From Eledone cirrhosa (Eukaryota), in NCBI GenBank assembly GCA_964016885.1, contig OZ024764.1:23808001-23872000 (forward strand): a stretch of DNA of 64,000 bases, in the 5' to 3' direction. Positions 39,714 through 53,892 of the stretch are shown piece by piece. Position numbers and translations under genes: made by a program. The notes below the pieces were generated by a model. That model did not search any database. It saw only the letters and a program-made list of their open reading frames with translations, and had not been told where the DNA came from. Every line of letters begins with the position of its first letter. The first letter of the stretch is position 1.

Positions 39714-41763
39714 CAGTGGTACTTTGATTTACGAGTGTCCCAACTAATAAGTTTTTCGAGATACGAGCCCTCTTTCGGCTGATTTTTTGCGTTGAGTTCC
39801 AGAGTAAAATTCAGGTTACGAGTCAGCTTCAGATGCCCTGCCACTAGTTGGCATAGTGACCGCCACAGGCAATACCGTAACACCCGCCCGGCATCCCATG
39901 GCTTCGAAGAAAGTGAGGGCGAAGGACAGTTCTGAGAAGAAGAAGCAGATGATGTGTATTGAATTAAAGAAAGAAATTATAGAAAAAATTGACCAAGGTG
40001 TGTGTGTAGTGGACTTGGTGAAGTAGTACGAGCGTAGCACTTCTATGATATGTACCATACTGAAGTAGAAGGACTTGATAAAGGCTATAACCCCAGCTAA
40101 GGGTGGTAAAATAATTTCTAAATAGCGGACATCTATCCATGAAAATATGGAAAAGCTGCTGATGGTGTGGTTGACGGAGAAGCAGCTCGCAAGAGATACT
40201 GTGATGAAGATTATAATATGTGAGAAGGCACGAGCTATTTACGCTGATTTGCTGCAGCAGACCCCAGGTACTTCTACGGACGAGGCATCGGCAAGCCCTT
40301 TAATGCCAGTCGGGGTTGGTTTGAGAATTTTAAAAAGAGGACCGGCATTCACTCCGTTGTCAGGCATGGTGAGGCAGCTGAGGATTACCTCAAAACCTTT
40401 GTCAGAATTATAGCAGCCAAAGGATACATCCTTCAGCAAGTCTTTAACTGTGATGAAACAAGACTTTTTGGGAAGAAGATGCCAAGGAGGACTTATATAA
40501 CGGCAGAGGAGAAGAGGATGCCTGGCCACAAACCCATGAAGGATAGGCTAACCCTCGCACTGTGCCACTGTGAACGTTGACTGTAAGATTAAGTTGCCGC
40601 TCGTTTATCATTCAGAAAACTCCAGAACCTTTAAGTCACATAAGATTCTGAAAGAAAAACTGCAGGTTATGTGGAGGGCAAACCCGAGGTCATGGGTCAC
40701 CAGGTAGTTCTTTGTGGAGTGGGTAAATTTGGTCTTTGGTCCTGACGTTAAAAAATATCTCCATGAAAATAACCTACCCCTGTAAACCCTTCTTGTCCTA
40801 GACAGTGCAACTGCTCACTCACCCACCCTCGAAGAGTTCAAGTTTATAAAGGTCCTCTACCTTCCACCAAACACCACCCCTATCCTACAGACCAAGGACC
40901 AGCAGGTACCTTCTAATTTCAAGAAGCTCTTCACCAAGCACCTGTTCAGTCGCTGCTTTGAAGTGACGGAGAGCACAAACTTCACCCTTGAGAGGTCTGG
41001 AAGGACCATTATAACATCGTGATATGCCTCAGAATTATCGATATGACATGGTAGGGTCTTACAAAGAGGACCTTGACCTCTACATGGAAGAAGCTGTGGC
41101 CTGAAGTTGTGTCTAAAACAGACTTTGAAAGACTCGAACCCGAAGCGGCAGTGGTGGAGGAGATTGTACCCCTCGGTAAGCCCATGGGCCTGGACATGGA
41201 TGAAGGTGACATCAACGAGCTCATCGAGGAGCACCCCGAGGAAATGACAACGAAGGAATTAAAGGAGCTACAGACACAGCAATACACGGAGTTTTTGCAG
41301 GAAATAGGTGACACAGAGGAGGTTATCTCAACAAGTGAGATGAAACAAACCTTATTAGACAGGTTTTTATTGAAAATCCCTGCAGATAAAAGTGAGGAAA
41401 GCGTGGCGAAAAGAGCAAAAATCAGCGAATAAGATTCAGTTATTCAGTTCATCCTTTCTCCTCCGTCAACATCCTCAAGTCGTCTGATCTCCAAGATAGA
41501 TGCTGTACATTATACTTAATAAAACTAGTTTGTTGCAGTACATTCTATTGTATTGTTTTTTGTATACAATATTTGTCATTTATAAGTACATTTTTCTTAT
41601 TTAAAAACACGTAACAAAACAAACTGTGGTTTTTTTGGGGGTCTGGAACGGATTAACGGCATTTTATTTTATTTCAGTGGGGAAAATTGATTTGACATAC
41701 GAGTAATTTAAGTTACGAGGTCCTCCACGGAACAAATTAAACTCGTAAGTGAAGGTATCACAG
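39714..41763 (+). mobile_element. Tigger/pogo transposon, pseudogenised
   Basis: TIRs CAGTGGTACTTTGATTTACGAG ... CTCGTAAGTGAAGGTATCACAG; more complete than the 14147 copy but with stops. Confidence 0.9.
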
Positions 41764-42895
41764 TGTGTGTGTGTATATATATAGATGAAGGAACGATCGA
41801 CTTTCGTCAAATCGGACCGAGGAAGCAATGTTTTCATTGGTCTTTGCAATTGCTAGTACTATCGGTCGCAACTCCAGGTAGAAGGAACAACGTGAAATAA
41901 AGTGTCTTGCTCAAGGTCATAACGCATCGCCTGGTCCAGGAATCGAACTCACAACCTCAAGATATATATATATATATATATAAATGAAGAATATAGAAAT
42001 TATTGTAGCAAAAAGCCAACAGTATTCCATTATATATATGTATATATAGTATAAAAGAGAAAACACAGGTAAGCATTAAGAGAAGGATTTTATCCAGGTA
42101 TTTACGACCGTTTCATTGGTAAGTGCAACCTTATATTTCTATCCTGCAAATAGCAGCCACTCAATTATAATTGTTGTTCTGTTCACAGTCCAAATTTTCA
42201 AAATAGTAAGTTACTCTTGAAATAATTCTTAATATATAGAGAAAAACATTTATTTGGAATTGTATTTACTAGTATAGAGAGAGAGGAATCAGAAGGTGAG
42301 GGGACAGACGGAATAGTATAGAGAGAGAGGAAGGGGGAAGAGGTAGGAAGTAGAGTGACAAACTGAGATGGGGGGAGGGGTAGAGGTGGCAGGATTCTTT
42401 GGTCAGTTTTGACAGCAGACTTCATGTCGTGGAATGTAGTGAGTTAAAGAGAATTAAATTGATCATTTTTGGAGGGATGGATATATATATATATAGTTAA
42501 ATATTAGACAGGAACAAAAAACAGGCAGTGCAAATGGTAGTTTATACCGAGAGAGAGACAGACAAACACATCTATACCCCTACTACAGTAAAACGAAACA
42601 TATGTAAGGGGAGACAACTCTCGTTACATCCCCCCTTCTTTTTGATATACGTCCTTTACATACTTTGTTCAATGGAATCTGCTTTATTTTGTGTCCTAAG
42701 TAGATTTCTGTTTAATTATTTACGAGATTCACAATGATTCACGTAACCAAGTTACTTACATAGAGATATATTTCACATAGAATCACAACAAATGAAAATA
42801 TTAAGTCAACACTCTGTCAATCAGTCTCACGTCACATGGGGTGCCGGAGTCTCCCTCTAATACTTTCTGAGACAGTCTTACCTCGAGTGATAGCA

Positions 42896-43440
42896 AGGCT
42901 AAGATGTTGGAACTACCAAACACCCTCATATGTATCACCTGACACCTCGGTAAGGAGAGCTGCCAACGATAACAAGAACCTCGTTGTCAGGGACCTATCT
43001 CCTCCAAACTTCTCCAACACCACAGACTAGAATATTCTACTCTTTATTCCCTATCAAATATATTTCAGTCTAGTCATTTATCTTGTATCTTGTATATGTA
43101 TTTTCAAAACTAACTGTCACATTTGTAAGACCCCAGTTAGTGATGTTTTTCTCTCCCTCCCACATCCTACATGCTGTAGTAAAAGTGAGGGTCACTGCTT
43201 CTGTTGACGAACGAAATAAAAGCTAAACTACCAGTAATTATCGGCAAAGTATTTATTCCAGTCTGTGATGTTTGAGAAGCTGGGCTGCTGACAACGAAGT
43301 TGTTGTCACAGTTGGCGGCTGGCTTTACCGAAGTACCCGATGACTCTTGTGAGGGTACTTAGCTGTTCTGGCGGTTTAGCCTCCACGTGACGCGATCTTA
43401 CCGAGATACCCGGTGATCTCTGTAAGAGTACTTAGCTGTC
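42896..43440. repeat. Upstream inverted-repeat block (unit 4)
   Basis: Paralog of 17197-17740. Confidence 0.75.
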
Positions 43441-43520
43441 CTATTTTAATTACATTTACTGTTTTCACCTTTATTTTTTTTTATTACAAACTTTACATAA
43501 TTTAATTCGGTAAAAATATT

Positions 43521-43665
43521 TTACGTCACAAAAAAACTTGACCTTTGACATTGAAGCATGCGCAGTGGTGCAGTTGTCGACTTCCTGTCCACGTGTTAGT
43601 CTTCCTACAACATCATTTAGACAACATTTCTGTAAATACTAAACACCTGAGACTATAATGTAAGT
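43521..43665 (+). promoter_or_regulatory. Unit 4 promoter, exon 1 and donor (with DR1-like motif)
   Basis: Motif series plus TGACCTTTGACA at 43539-43550; GTAAGT at 43660. Confidence 0.7.
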
Positions 43666-44779
43666 ATTATGTCTATTAATATTGTAGATTTAAGCTCACT
43701 TTTCACATCACAAATATATATTTTCTTGTTTGTTTCATTACTGGAAATATAAAATGTTATCGTAATTATCTATATTTTACCTACCTCTAATTAATTAAAG
43801 TGAAAACTTTTGTTGTTGCTGAAAAATAAATTAACAAAACTAAATATTTAAATACTCTAAAGGTCGTTTTTATATTATGTGATGATATAATTAATATAGT
43901 TTATTACAATTGTATAAATTTACAGTAGAATAACGTTGTAAATATGTTTTAAATATATACATAAATAACATAAGTGTGTAAATAACATTATAAATTGCTG
44001 GCAATTCCTTGAGAAAGACATTACAAATATATTGTCTAAGCTGTGTATAATAATATAATTTATTGAACAATAATGATAAAGGAAAGAAAAACACAGTGGG
44101 AGATGGCAATTGACCACCAAACGAGGTAAACATTTTCAACTTTCCCCTTTTTTTGCTTTGTCCGAGACAACTCAAAATATTCTTCAAGGAACTGGATTTT
44201 CCATTCGGTTGGATCGAACGGATTTTACCATTTATAATCTACGGAGAGGAATAACAGATGTTCGTAGGAAAAAAGAATTGTTTGTGGCAACAACGTAGGG
44301 AACCAACCTGGAGCAATTGTATCACACAATTATACTTTCCTCCTTAACATACACTTACAATTTTTCAAAATCAAACCCCACAAATATAAAATATAAATAA
44401 TTATAAATGGCGAGGAACCATCCCATCTCCCTCTTGAAATAACCTAAATCTATTTATAGTCAGGTGTGACTGAAAGGTCAATCCATACTTCCATTCTATT
44501 TCACAGAATTAGAAGCTTTGACCACTTGATAGAATTCAGGTCCAGTAATGTAATCACTCCGTTATTGTAAACATCTTGTATCACTATCATTCAGGTTTTG
44601 ATTTTACTCAAGTCTTGCCCATGTTTTTGTTTTTTTTCTTTTTTACACAACCTCACAATTTCGGTTTTTACTGCGGATTTACCCATGCGAACTATTACAC
44701 AAACTCACAGCCTTAGATTTTGTATTTCTAGCGTTTTTATTTTCCTTCTCTTTGCATGTTCAGTGCTCTTTCTCTCCCA

Positions 44780-47700
44780 CTGTATTTACCTGCCTCTCAC
44801 ATGACCACACTCCTCTCCACGCACTCACCATCTTCTCACTCCTTCTCCACCTTCCATCCCTCCCCTTGCTCAACCCTTACTTCCTCCTCACGCACAGCCC
44901 ACCTAGGTATTCGTTCAACCCGCCGGTGGCCCGATGTTTCGACCGAACTATTACCGGCGATTGCCGATTGCTAAAGTTGCCACCACTTTAACCTAGTCCA
45001 CTCTAGGTGGCGGTGGCATGCGTTGAACGACCAAGAGACCTGCTTGGTGGAACGACTATGTGACAACCGGTCAGCCTTCGACCTCTCATTCTCCACCAAC
45101 TGCAGCACGCACGAGAGGAGCTAACTTGACCCCACCTACCCCTCCTCTCCTTCACGGCAGATTCCGAACGAATCCAACCCGGCCAACCACACCACCCCTA
45201 CAACTGTTAGCTCACTACCCAACCTCCGCTTTAGTCCCACCGTTAGAACCACTGTTGTCTCCTTTACTGACTCACTCCCTTCAGCGAATTCCAACGCTGG
45301 CCCTCTACTGCCGGCTGTTGCCAGCCCGCCACCTGATTGCGCCCTCTGTGCCCGCACTAACCAGTACTTAAAGACAATTAAGTCACCTATGCCACGCAAG
45401 CTACCACAGAAGCTGTGTCGGCATCACCAAAGCTCAAGCAAAAAGGCTTCAACACTGGACCTGTCATCGGTGCCACTTCAGCTCTGACTATTCCGTGGGG
45501 ATGACCAACACTCTACCGTCGACTTTCCACAGCCCCCCCAGGGCTTCACCAAATCATAGCTCGTTAACCGGACCCTTAAGGGAGCTCGGAACAGCTTTGC
45601 AGGTGCCCTCTCTAATTTACTGAAAAACGTTTGCTCGTCCAACAATAGTCTGGCAGAAATTGTTTTTGTTTCCCTCATCTCTCTTCACGTGCACAATGCG
45701 AACTCGGGTTCCCTCAAGTCCTCTCTCAAGCGGCAGTTCCAGCTGTTTGAGTCCACCCCAACCACGTCTCATCTCAGTTCGTCTCCGAGCTCGGTGTCCA
45801 CCAACAGACAACCGGTAGACCTCTAGCGAGCCGTCAATGCCAGATTCAGCGAATTTGACATTAAAGGGGCTGTCCTCCCTTGCTCCATGCAATTCTGACT
45901 CTCGTGAGCGTCTGAAGGAGAAGCACCCCCAGATGATCAGCAACACTGGCCCGAACCACCAGAATACTTGAGACCGGTTTACACCACCGATATCATCAGA
46001 AAGGCGATTTCATCCTTCCCCGCTGGGTCAGGCGCGGGAATTGACGCCCTTCATCCTCAACACCTCAAGGATGGTATCTCCTTATCGGCCGGTGATGCCG
46101 GACTCGAGCTCTTGGAGAGTCTGACCCAGTTTGTGAATCAGTGAACGTTCTCCCGTTCATCCGCCCACTGTTCTTCGGTGCGAAGCTATTTGGTCTCACC
46201 AAGCCCAACGGGGACCTGCGCCGCATTGCGGTTGGCTGCACACCTCGCCGCCTCACTGCAAAGGCGTGATTGCTGTTGGTCTCCAACCCACTGGCGGAGG
46301 AATTTTCCCCCATCCAGCTGTGGGTGGGTACCAGGTTGGGATGTGTGGCTGCTGTCCACGCTGCCAGAACATTTGCCAACTTGCCCTCCTCATCCCCCAA
46401 GGTCATCCTCAAACTTGACCTCAGGAATGCCTTCAACTCCGTCAGCCGTAACATCGTCCTCGGCTCAGTAAGAGAGAGGGTCCCACAACTCTACCACTTT
46501 GCTTGGCAGGCTTATCGGGAGCCCTCCTACCTCTCTTTCAGTGACCAGATCATCACCTCTGCCTCAGGAGTCCAACAGGGTGACCCACTCGGGACCGCCC
46601 CCCCCCCCCCCCCCCCCCCCCCCGCACTGGACATTGATGACGTCACCAAGATGGGGGCTGAGTTGGACCTCAATGTCTGTCAGCTCGACGACGCCTGTTT
46701 GAGGGGAACTCCGGATATGGTTCTCGCCACTGCCAACAGGATGGTGGAGGAGCTTCGCGCCGGGGTCTCCAGATCAATAGCTCCAAATGTGAGCTCTGGA
46801 TCCTCAACCACCCGGCTTCTTAACACCAACAGCTGATCGACCTGTTCGCAGAGTCCTTCCCTTCCATCACAGTCCCTCCCCCGTCGGCTTGGTGCTCCTT
46901 AGGAGCCCCGATCACAGACCTGGCCTTCGAGTCAACCATCCAATCGAAGATGGTTGGCCTTGAGCAGCTGCTGAGGAATATTGAAGATATCGAACCCCAT
47001 CAAGGTTTCTTCTTACTCAGGAACTACCTGTCTATTCCTAAGCTTCTGTATCTGCTCAGGGTCAGCCCCTCTCACAGATTTCCATCCTGCCTCCAACACT
47101 TCGACGACCTAATCTTCGAGAGACTCGAGTGTCTGGTCAATGTTAGTAAGTGTTCGTCCCTCTCTCTCCCCTGCTTCCTTTCCTCCACCCAAGCTTGCAG
47201 CATCCTCTCCTCTCCAACATGGACTAGTTCCAACAGGGAGTTGTGTGAAGCTCTCCAGCAATGGAGTGAGTTGGGCTTGTCTCTTCCTGAGAAGGTGGAG
47301 GACAGTCGAAGTCAGAGAACTTGGGACAGGATACGTTGGAATGCCACCTTCGACTCCCTCTTCGTCCTCTCAGATCGGTTTACAAGGTGCCGCTTACCAT
47401 CTGCCAGTGCCAAATACTCCGGTGACTGGGTCGATGCCTTACCCGTGGCCAACGTTGGAGGCCTACTCAGCCTGGATGAACTTCGTGTCTCCATCACCCT
47501 CAGAGTGGGAGCTGACGTCTGCATGGGTTTGAGATGTGGCTAACTCCTCGACTCCACAGGCCCCCACGGTCTTTCTTGCTGCCTGAATGCCGGCCACTTT
47601 GCCCGTCACACGGAGCTAAACTTTATTCTGAAGAGAGCTTTGGCCCGGGCAAACATCGCCTCAGTCTTGGAACCATCTGGGTTGTCCAGAAGTGGCGCAA

Positions 47701-48140
47701 AAGACCTGACGGCCTTACCCTGTGCCCCTGGTCGAGAGGCAGGTGCCTAATCTGGGACGTCACTGTTAGTGACTCCTTTGCTCTTTCCCACATCCTTGAT
47801 GCTGCGGTAAGGACGAGAGCCACAGCTTCGGCAGCCGAGCGGAGTAAGACCCTCAAATACTCTGATCTGTCGGCCAGCTACATTTTTCAGCCTGTGGCTT
47901 TCGAGACGTTTGGGGGAGTCGGGCCGCTGACTGCGAGGTTCCTTTCCTCACTGGCGGCTCGCCTTATAGAGGTAACTGGCGAAATCACGAGGGCGCTTGG
48001 CTGTTCCAGCACCTCAGCCTCGCCATCACTCGATGTAACACTGCCAGTGTGCTGGCTTGCCTCAAAACTCATTAGAGAGGTTTCCCAGTACCCCTCGTTG
48101 CTGTCTTTTGCTCTGGTGTTGGCTCCGTTGTCCACCCCTT
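44780..48140 (+). mobile_element. CRE-clade-like non-LTR retrotransposon, near full length, frameshifted; ends approximate
   Basis: KPNGDLRRIAVG..RRLTAK, KLDLRNAFNSVSR, SGVQQGDPLG and QLDD RT motifs; C-terminal CCHC-like knuckle and PD-(D/E)xK RLE; N-terminal PHD-like YH..C..W.C..C. Confidence 0.85.
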
Positions 48141-48457
48141 CCTTTACATTTTCTTTAATATTGCAACATTGAAGGAATTTATCTTTCATTGTATCATCCT
48201 TTATAGTGTTACCGAGGCATTTGTAATGTTATTTATATATTTAAAACATATTTCTTATGTTATTCTACTGTAAATTTATTTATATGCTCTGTTTATATTT
48301 TCATTCTGAAGGAACTTATCCACTTGTGTTGATATAAGTGATTCTATGACTTTCCTCTAAGCATTGTGTCATTATATATGTTATTATAAACGTGAATAAA
48401 TTGAATCACACCCTAGGGGTTAACTACACACTGGCAGCATTACATCGGGTGATGGTG

Positions 48458-48553
48458 AGGCTAAGGTGCTGAAATAACCAGGTACCCTCACGGGTATCAC
48501 CTGACGCCTCTGTAAGGTGAGGCTACGGTGCTGAAATAACCAGGTACCCTCAC
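48458..48553 (+). repeat. 62-bp minisatellite, about 1.5 units
   Basis: Same unit as 18499-18777. Confidence 0.9.
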
Positions 48554-48913
48554 GGAAACGACTAGATTTGTAGAAAAAATAGGGTGAAAGTATACAAAGA
48601 GATGTAGTTTCACAGATCTACTCACACCTCACGTTGGGTGGGAATAATTATTTTTCTTAGAATTCTTGCTATACCCCTTTTCCAGTATTTTTTCTCTGGA
48701 CCCCTTAGATACTTGCGATAGACGTTTTATTTCCCAGTATTAGGGTTAGGGTTTCCGTTTTCAGGAAGAAAAGTCGATTGCAAACATCTAAGAGGTCGAG
48801 AAATAAAAATAAGGAAAGATAATTATTTCCCAGCCAACTGGAGAAGTGTGTAGCTCTTCTAAACTCCGATAATCCTGTCTCCCACTTCTTTATCTACAAA
48901 TCTAGTCGTTTCC
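48554..48913. mobile_element. Palindromic MITE
   Basis: Same TIRs as 3604-3963. Confidence 0.8.
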
Positions 48914-48921
48914 TGCTACTT

Positions 48922-49552
48922 TGTTCCCTGGGGTATGCCTTAGTATTTGACACCATCTATCTGTCTTACTCCCTAACTAGAAAGAAGTCAATCTGTCTCA
49001 TGTGCTCACCTGATTGGTAGGTTATTAGGTGGTTGGTAGGTTTCTTGAAGTGTTGCAAATGGTTAGTTCACTTGCATCACAAAATACAAGAAGCGTCACT
49101 CCTTCATCGTTTCTTGAGCCATAACCATGACCACCATGTACCCCAGTGTATCCATCCTGGAGCTGTCCAACATGACCATTCAAGTCCCCTGCTATTATAA
49201 CTAGGTCTCTGTCATTGTGCTTACCTCTACTTATTCCTTTTCTACATATGGAGCAGGGCCACTTTCCTGAAGGTGTCAGGGTCTTCTCTCCTATCCATTA
49301 GCACTTTAGTTTTGGCTAAGTATATTCTCAGAACTTACCATTTCAAATTCTATATCTATAGTTGGTCATCTACATAGAGAAGTTTCCATAGACAGCCAGT
49401 CTTAAACCTCTCTGTTATGGCTTGGAGAACTATGATGAACAACAGTGGGCTAAGAACTAAACCATGATGAACTCCTACCTGTACCTTCAATTCTTCACTA
49501 GACACACTTTACTGACAGCTTCTCACAAGCCATTCTTCTACACCTAATTTCC
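48922..49552 (-). mobile_element. RTE LINE fragments
   Basis: Paralog of 3982-4602. Confidence 0.7.
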
Positions 49553-49625
49553 TTAACCCTTTAGTATATAAACTGGCCATATCTGGCCAGAATTCTCCCA
49601 CATCTTTCTGTTCAAACTGGCCGTA

Positions 49626-51541
49626 ATTAAATAATAATAATAATAATGAAATTATTGTGTACAGTGCTCAGGTGCACTACAACTCATCAAAGGTGCATGT
49701 ATAGTACATAGAATAATGTACAAATGTCAGGAAAATGAACAGTGCATGAATCATGATATAATAACAATAATGAAATATTGTGTATAGTGTCCAGGTGCAC
49801 CACAACTCATCAAAAAAGTGCATGTACAGTACATAGGGCAATGCACAAACATCAGTAAAATGAACAGTGCACGAGTCATGATACACACGTGTGCATGTGT
49901 ATGGAAGGGGTACATCAGGTGTAGTTTTGGCGTATTTCGGGAAGCTTGAGTGTCTTAAAGGATGCAGTGTCTCGGCAGCTAACAACTGACGCAGGCAGTT
50001 TGTTCCCTACTTCAGCAACTCTGAGCGTGAAAAAATGTCTACGAAAGTCATGGGAGCTGTGCTGTTTTCTGATCTTGTAGGCATGTCCACGTGTGTTAGA
50101 CACATGGAGATCAAAGAGGCACTCAGGGTTGCAATTGGCGAGATGGTTAAAAACTTTGTGGGTATTCACCAAGTCCATTGCCAGACGTCGGAGCTTCAAT
50201 GAATTCATGCCTAGGGAAGCAAGGCGTTCATAGTATGGTAGGTGTCTGATGGAGGGTATGTGCTTGGTTGGACGTCTCTGAACAATTTCCAGGAGGTCAA
50301 TGTTCTGAGCAAGATAGCGGTTCCAGACTGATGATGCGAATTCCAAGTGTGGTCGTACCATAGCTGTATACAGTTTTAAATAGATGGCTGGAGAACGGCT
50401 AACAAAGGTCTTGCTGAGTGATGCCAAGACACCCTCGGCCTTCTTGACAATCTTAGAGACATGCTTTGTCCAACGCAAATCGTTGCTGACAGTAATGCCC
50501 AGGTCACGTTCACAAGAGGACTTTTTGATATCAGTGTTGTGGAGGGAGTATGTGGACGCTGGATTTTTCCTTCCAAAATGCATGGTGGTACACTTGTCCA
50601 CAGCCAGCTTCAGTTGCCAGTCTGTGATCCATTGCTGCATTGTGTCCAGGTCTGATTGTAGGAAAGAGTTGTAAATTTCAGGATCAGTCCTTTTGATTTC
50701 AAGGTACAGCTTGATGTCATCTGCATATTTCAGTACCGTGGCATTCTGTAAGTTGGCATCTATGTCATTAATATATGCCACAAACAAAAGAGGACCAAGA
50801 ACAGATCCCTGTGGTAGACCAGATGACATCTCATATGGTGAAGAATGCTGTCCTAGAACCGTGACTACTTCCTTTCGGCTGAGAATGAAGGATTTCAACC
50901 AGTCGAAAAGATCATCCCTCACACCCATTGCAGAGAGTTTTGCCATAAGTCTTTTGTGTGGCACAGAATTAAAAGCCTTAGCAAAGTCAAGGTAAACAAC
51001 ATCCACCCATGAGCCGCTGTCAGTGATCCGGGTGATGTCCTCAAGGAACTCGATAAGCTGATCACAGCAGCTGGAGTTAGGGATAAATCCAAACTGTGAG
51101 GACCGGATGAGGCTGTGAGAGCTCCAGAAGTTCCAAAGTGTTTCTCTCACACAGGATTCCATCAGTTTGGCCATACAGCTAGTAAGACTGACTGGACGAT
51201 AGTTGACAGGTGACATGCGGTTGCCCTTTTTGAACAGGGGAATGACACTGGCAGTTTTCCACTGCTCCGGAGTAGCACCATTGTTGAGACAGTATTGAAA
51301 GAAGAGAGAAAGCTGGCGCAAAAGGAAATACCCACCACATTTGAGAAGCAGGTATGTCACACCATCAAGACCAGGGGAGGCATAGTTGCGCTTATTCTTA
51401 AGGTGACGTCGCAACATTGCAGGTGTAAATTCCATAGTTGTTATGGAATTTGATGTTAGAGATGGTGGAGATGGTACATTCTGGTTTTCAACAGTAAAAA
51501 TACTTGCATAGCACTCAGCAACGAGTTCTGCGCATTACTTG
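49626..51541 (-). mobile_element. CR1-like LINE, 5'-truncated, with open RT ORF (49915-51435), nested in a piggyBac MITE (49557-51680)
   Basis: 506-aa ORF with LDFAKAF, GLPQGSVLGPLLF, KYADDIK and ERDLG; (TTA)n tail. Confidence 0.92.
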
Positions 51542-51688
51542 ATTGGTCACTTGTACTTATGTTAAGGTATTGTTCTCAAAATAAATAACATGAAAATCTC
51601 ATAGATTTGATATTATGAGAGATAAAGCATTTACTGTGAAAATATAATAGTAAATATAGAGTAATGTGAATACTAAAGGGTTAATCTA

Positions 51689-52250
51689 ATGTCACTAATA
51701 ACTACTTTTATCAGTCAGTATAATCTAAAGTCACTAATAACTACTTTTATCAGTCAGTATAATCTAAAGTCACTAATAACTACTTTTATCAGTCAGTTTA
51801 ATCTAATGTCACTAATAACTACTTTTATCAGTCAGTATAATCTAATGTCACTAATAACTACTTTTATCAGTCAGTATAATCTAATGTCACTAATAACTAC
51901 TTTTATCAGTCAGTATGAACTAATGTCACTAATAACTACTTTTATCAGTCAGTATAATCTAAAGTCACTAATAACTACTTTTATCAGTCAGTATAATCTA
52001 ATGTCACTAATAACTACTTTTATCAGTCAGTATAATCTAAAGTCACTAATAACTACTTTTATCAGTCAGTATAATCTAATGTCACTAATAACTACTTTTA
52101 TCAGTCAGTATGAACTAATGTCACTAATAACTACTTTTATCAGTCAGTATAATCTAAAGTCACTAATAACTACTTTTATCAGTCAGTATAATCTAATGTC
52201 ACTAATAACTACTTTTATCAGTCAGTTTAATCTAATGTCACTAATAACTA
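51689..52250 (+). repeat. 39-bp minisatellite, 14 full units
   Basis: Same unit as 6098-6970, with AAG and GAA variants. Confidence 0.97.
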
Positions 52251-52863
52251 ACCTATGTTAGGCAGCACATTCTTCACCAAGGAAGGCCTTAGTATTTATT
52301 ACAGTCCATTTATCAATATAGAAATATTATATGAAATTTTTACTGATGTATTACAAGTTTCTGAGTATCTTATAATGTTCTTTTATTATTTCAGAATACC
52401 AGAGGACATTGGCATTAAAGAGCACGTTACATCAGACATATCCTCAATATTAACCATTTCTAATGAAAGACACTACCCATCAATTTCAAATAATTTTGAA
52501 AACACTCAACACTTTGAAGGGATTTAGTAATATAACTAAATTTCTCAGTATTAAGCTGCTATTTGGAACATAACTTTGCACAATTTCATGAACTTATGAT
52601 GGAAAGTTTTTAGATACATATAAAGACTGGTATGAAAAAGATAAAACACTTTTATATCAGGTGTTTCATCAACACCATTATTTAAAGATTAAAAGAAGCT
52701 GTTATACAGAACAGATACAACCTTGTTTATATAAATCTATGGGAGAAATACTGGGAAATGTTTAACATAAAGAAGAAAAATATCCATATATTGACAGAAG
52801 AATAATATTAAAACTGTGAATTATGTGATAAACTGAGGTCATTGATATCTTTTAGTAGGAGTT

Positions 52864-53892
52864 ATGTCGGAAAATATAGTAAAATCACCATTCCACTGTG
52901 ATATCTGTGGTAAATCATTCTCTCGTAATCAGCTAACTACTCCAAAACGTATTCATACAGGAGAGAAGCCTTATCACTGTGAAATCTGTGGTAAATCATT
53001 CTCTTGTAGAGATAGCTTAACTAATCACAAACGTATTCATACAGGAGAGAAGCCATATCACTGTGATATCTGTGGTAATTCATTCTCTCAGAGTAATCAC
53101 CTAACTACTCACAAACGTATTCATACAGGAGAGAAGCCTTATCACTGTGAAATCTGTGGTAAATCATTCAGTTACGGTAGTAGCATCAGAGTTCACAAGC
53201 AAATTCATACAGGAGAGAAGCCACATCACTGTGACATCTGTAGTAAATCATTCTCTTACAGAGATAGCTTAACTAATCACAAACGTATTCATACAGGAGA
53301 GAAGCCACATCACTGTGACATCTGTAGTAAATCATTCTCTTGCAGAGATAGCTTAACTAATCACAAACGTATTCATACAGGAGAGAAGCCACATCACTGT
53401 GACATCTGTAGTAAATCATTCTCTTGCAGAGATAGCTTAACTACTCACAAACGTATTCATACAGGACAGAAGCCATATCACTGTGACATCTGTGGTAAAT
53501 CATTCTCTCGTAGTAATCACCTAACTATCCACAAACGTACTCATACAGGAGAGAAGCCATATCACTGTGACATCTGTGGTAAATCATTCTCTCATAGTAA
53601 TCTCCTAACTATCCACAAACGTACTCATACAGGAGAGACGCCATATCACTGTGACATCTGTGGTAAATCATTCTCTCAAAGTAATCACCTAACTCTCCAC
53701 AAACATACTCATACAGGAGAGAAGCCATATCACTGTGACATCTGTGGTAAATCATTCTCTCGTAGTAATCACCTAACTATCCACAAACGTACTCATTCAG
53801 GAGAGAAGCCATATCACTGTGACATCTGTGGTAAATCATTCTCTCAAAGTGGTAACTTAACCAAGCATGTGCGTATTCATACAGAAGTTTAG
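52864..53892 (+). CDS. Tandem C2H2 zinc-finger protein, 12 fingers (first finger broken)
   Basis: 342-aa ORF; finger 1 has a one-codon deletion and His to Pro (TTPKRIH); terminal [15 protein letters not shown]. Confidence 0.95.
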   Translation: MSENIVKSPFHCDICGKSFSRNQLTTPKRIHTGEKPYHCEICGKSFSCRDSLTNHKRIHTGEKPYHCDICGNSFSQSNHLTTHKRIHTGEKPYHCEICGKSFSYGSSIRVHKQIHTGEKPHHCDICSKSFSYRDSLTNHKRIHTGEKPHHCDICSKSFSCRDSLTNHKRIHTGEKPHHCDICSKSFSCRDSLTTHKRIHTGQKPYHCDICGKSFSRSNHLTIHKRTHTGEKPYHCDICGKSFSHSNLLTIHKRTHTGETPYHCDICGKSFSQSNHLTLHKHTHTGEKPYHCDICGKSFSRSNHLTIHKRTHSGEKPYHCDICGKSFSQSGNLTKHVRIHTEV

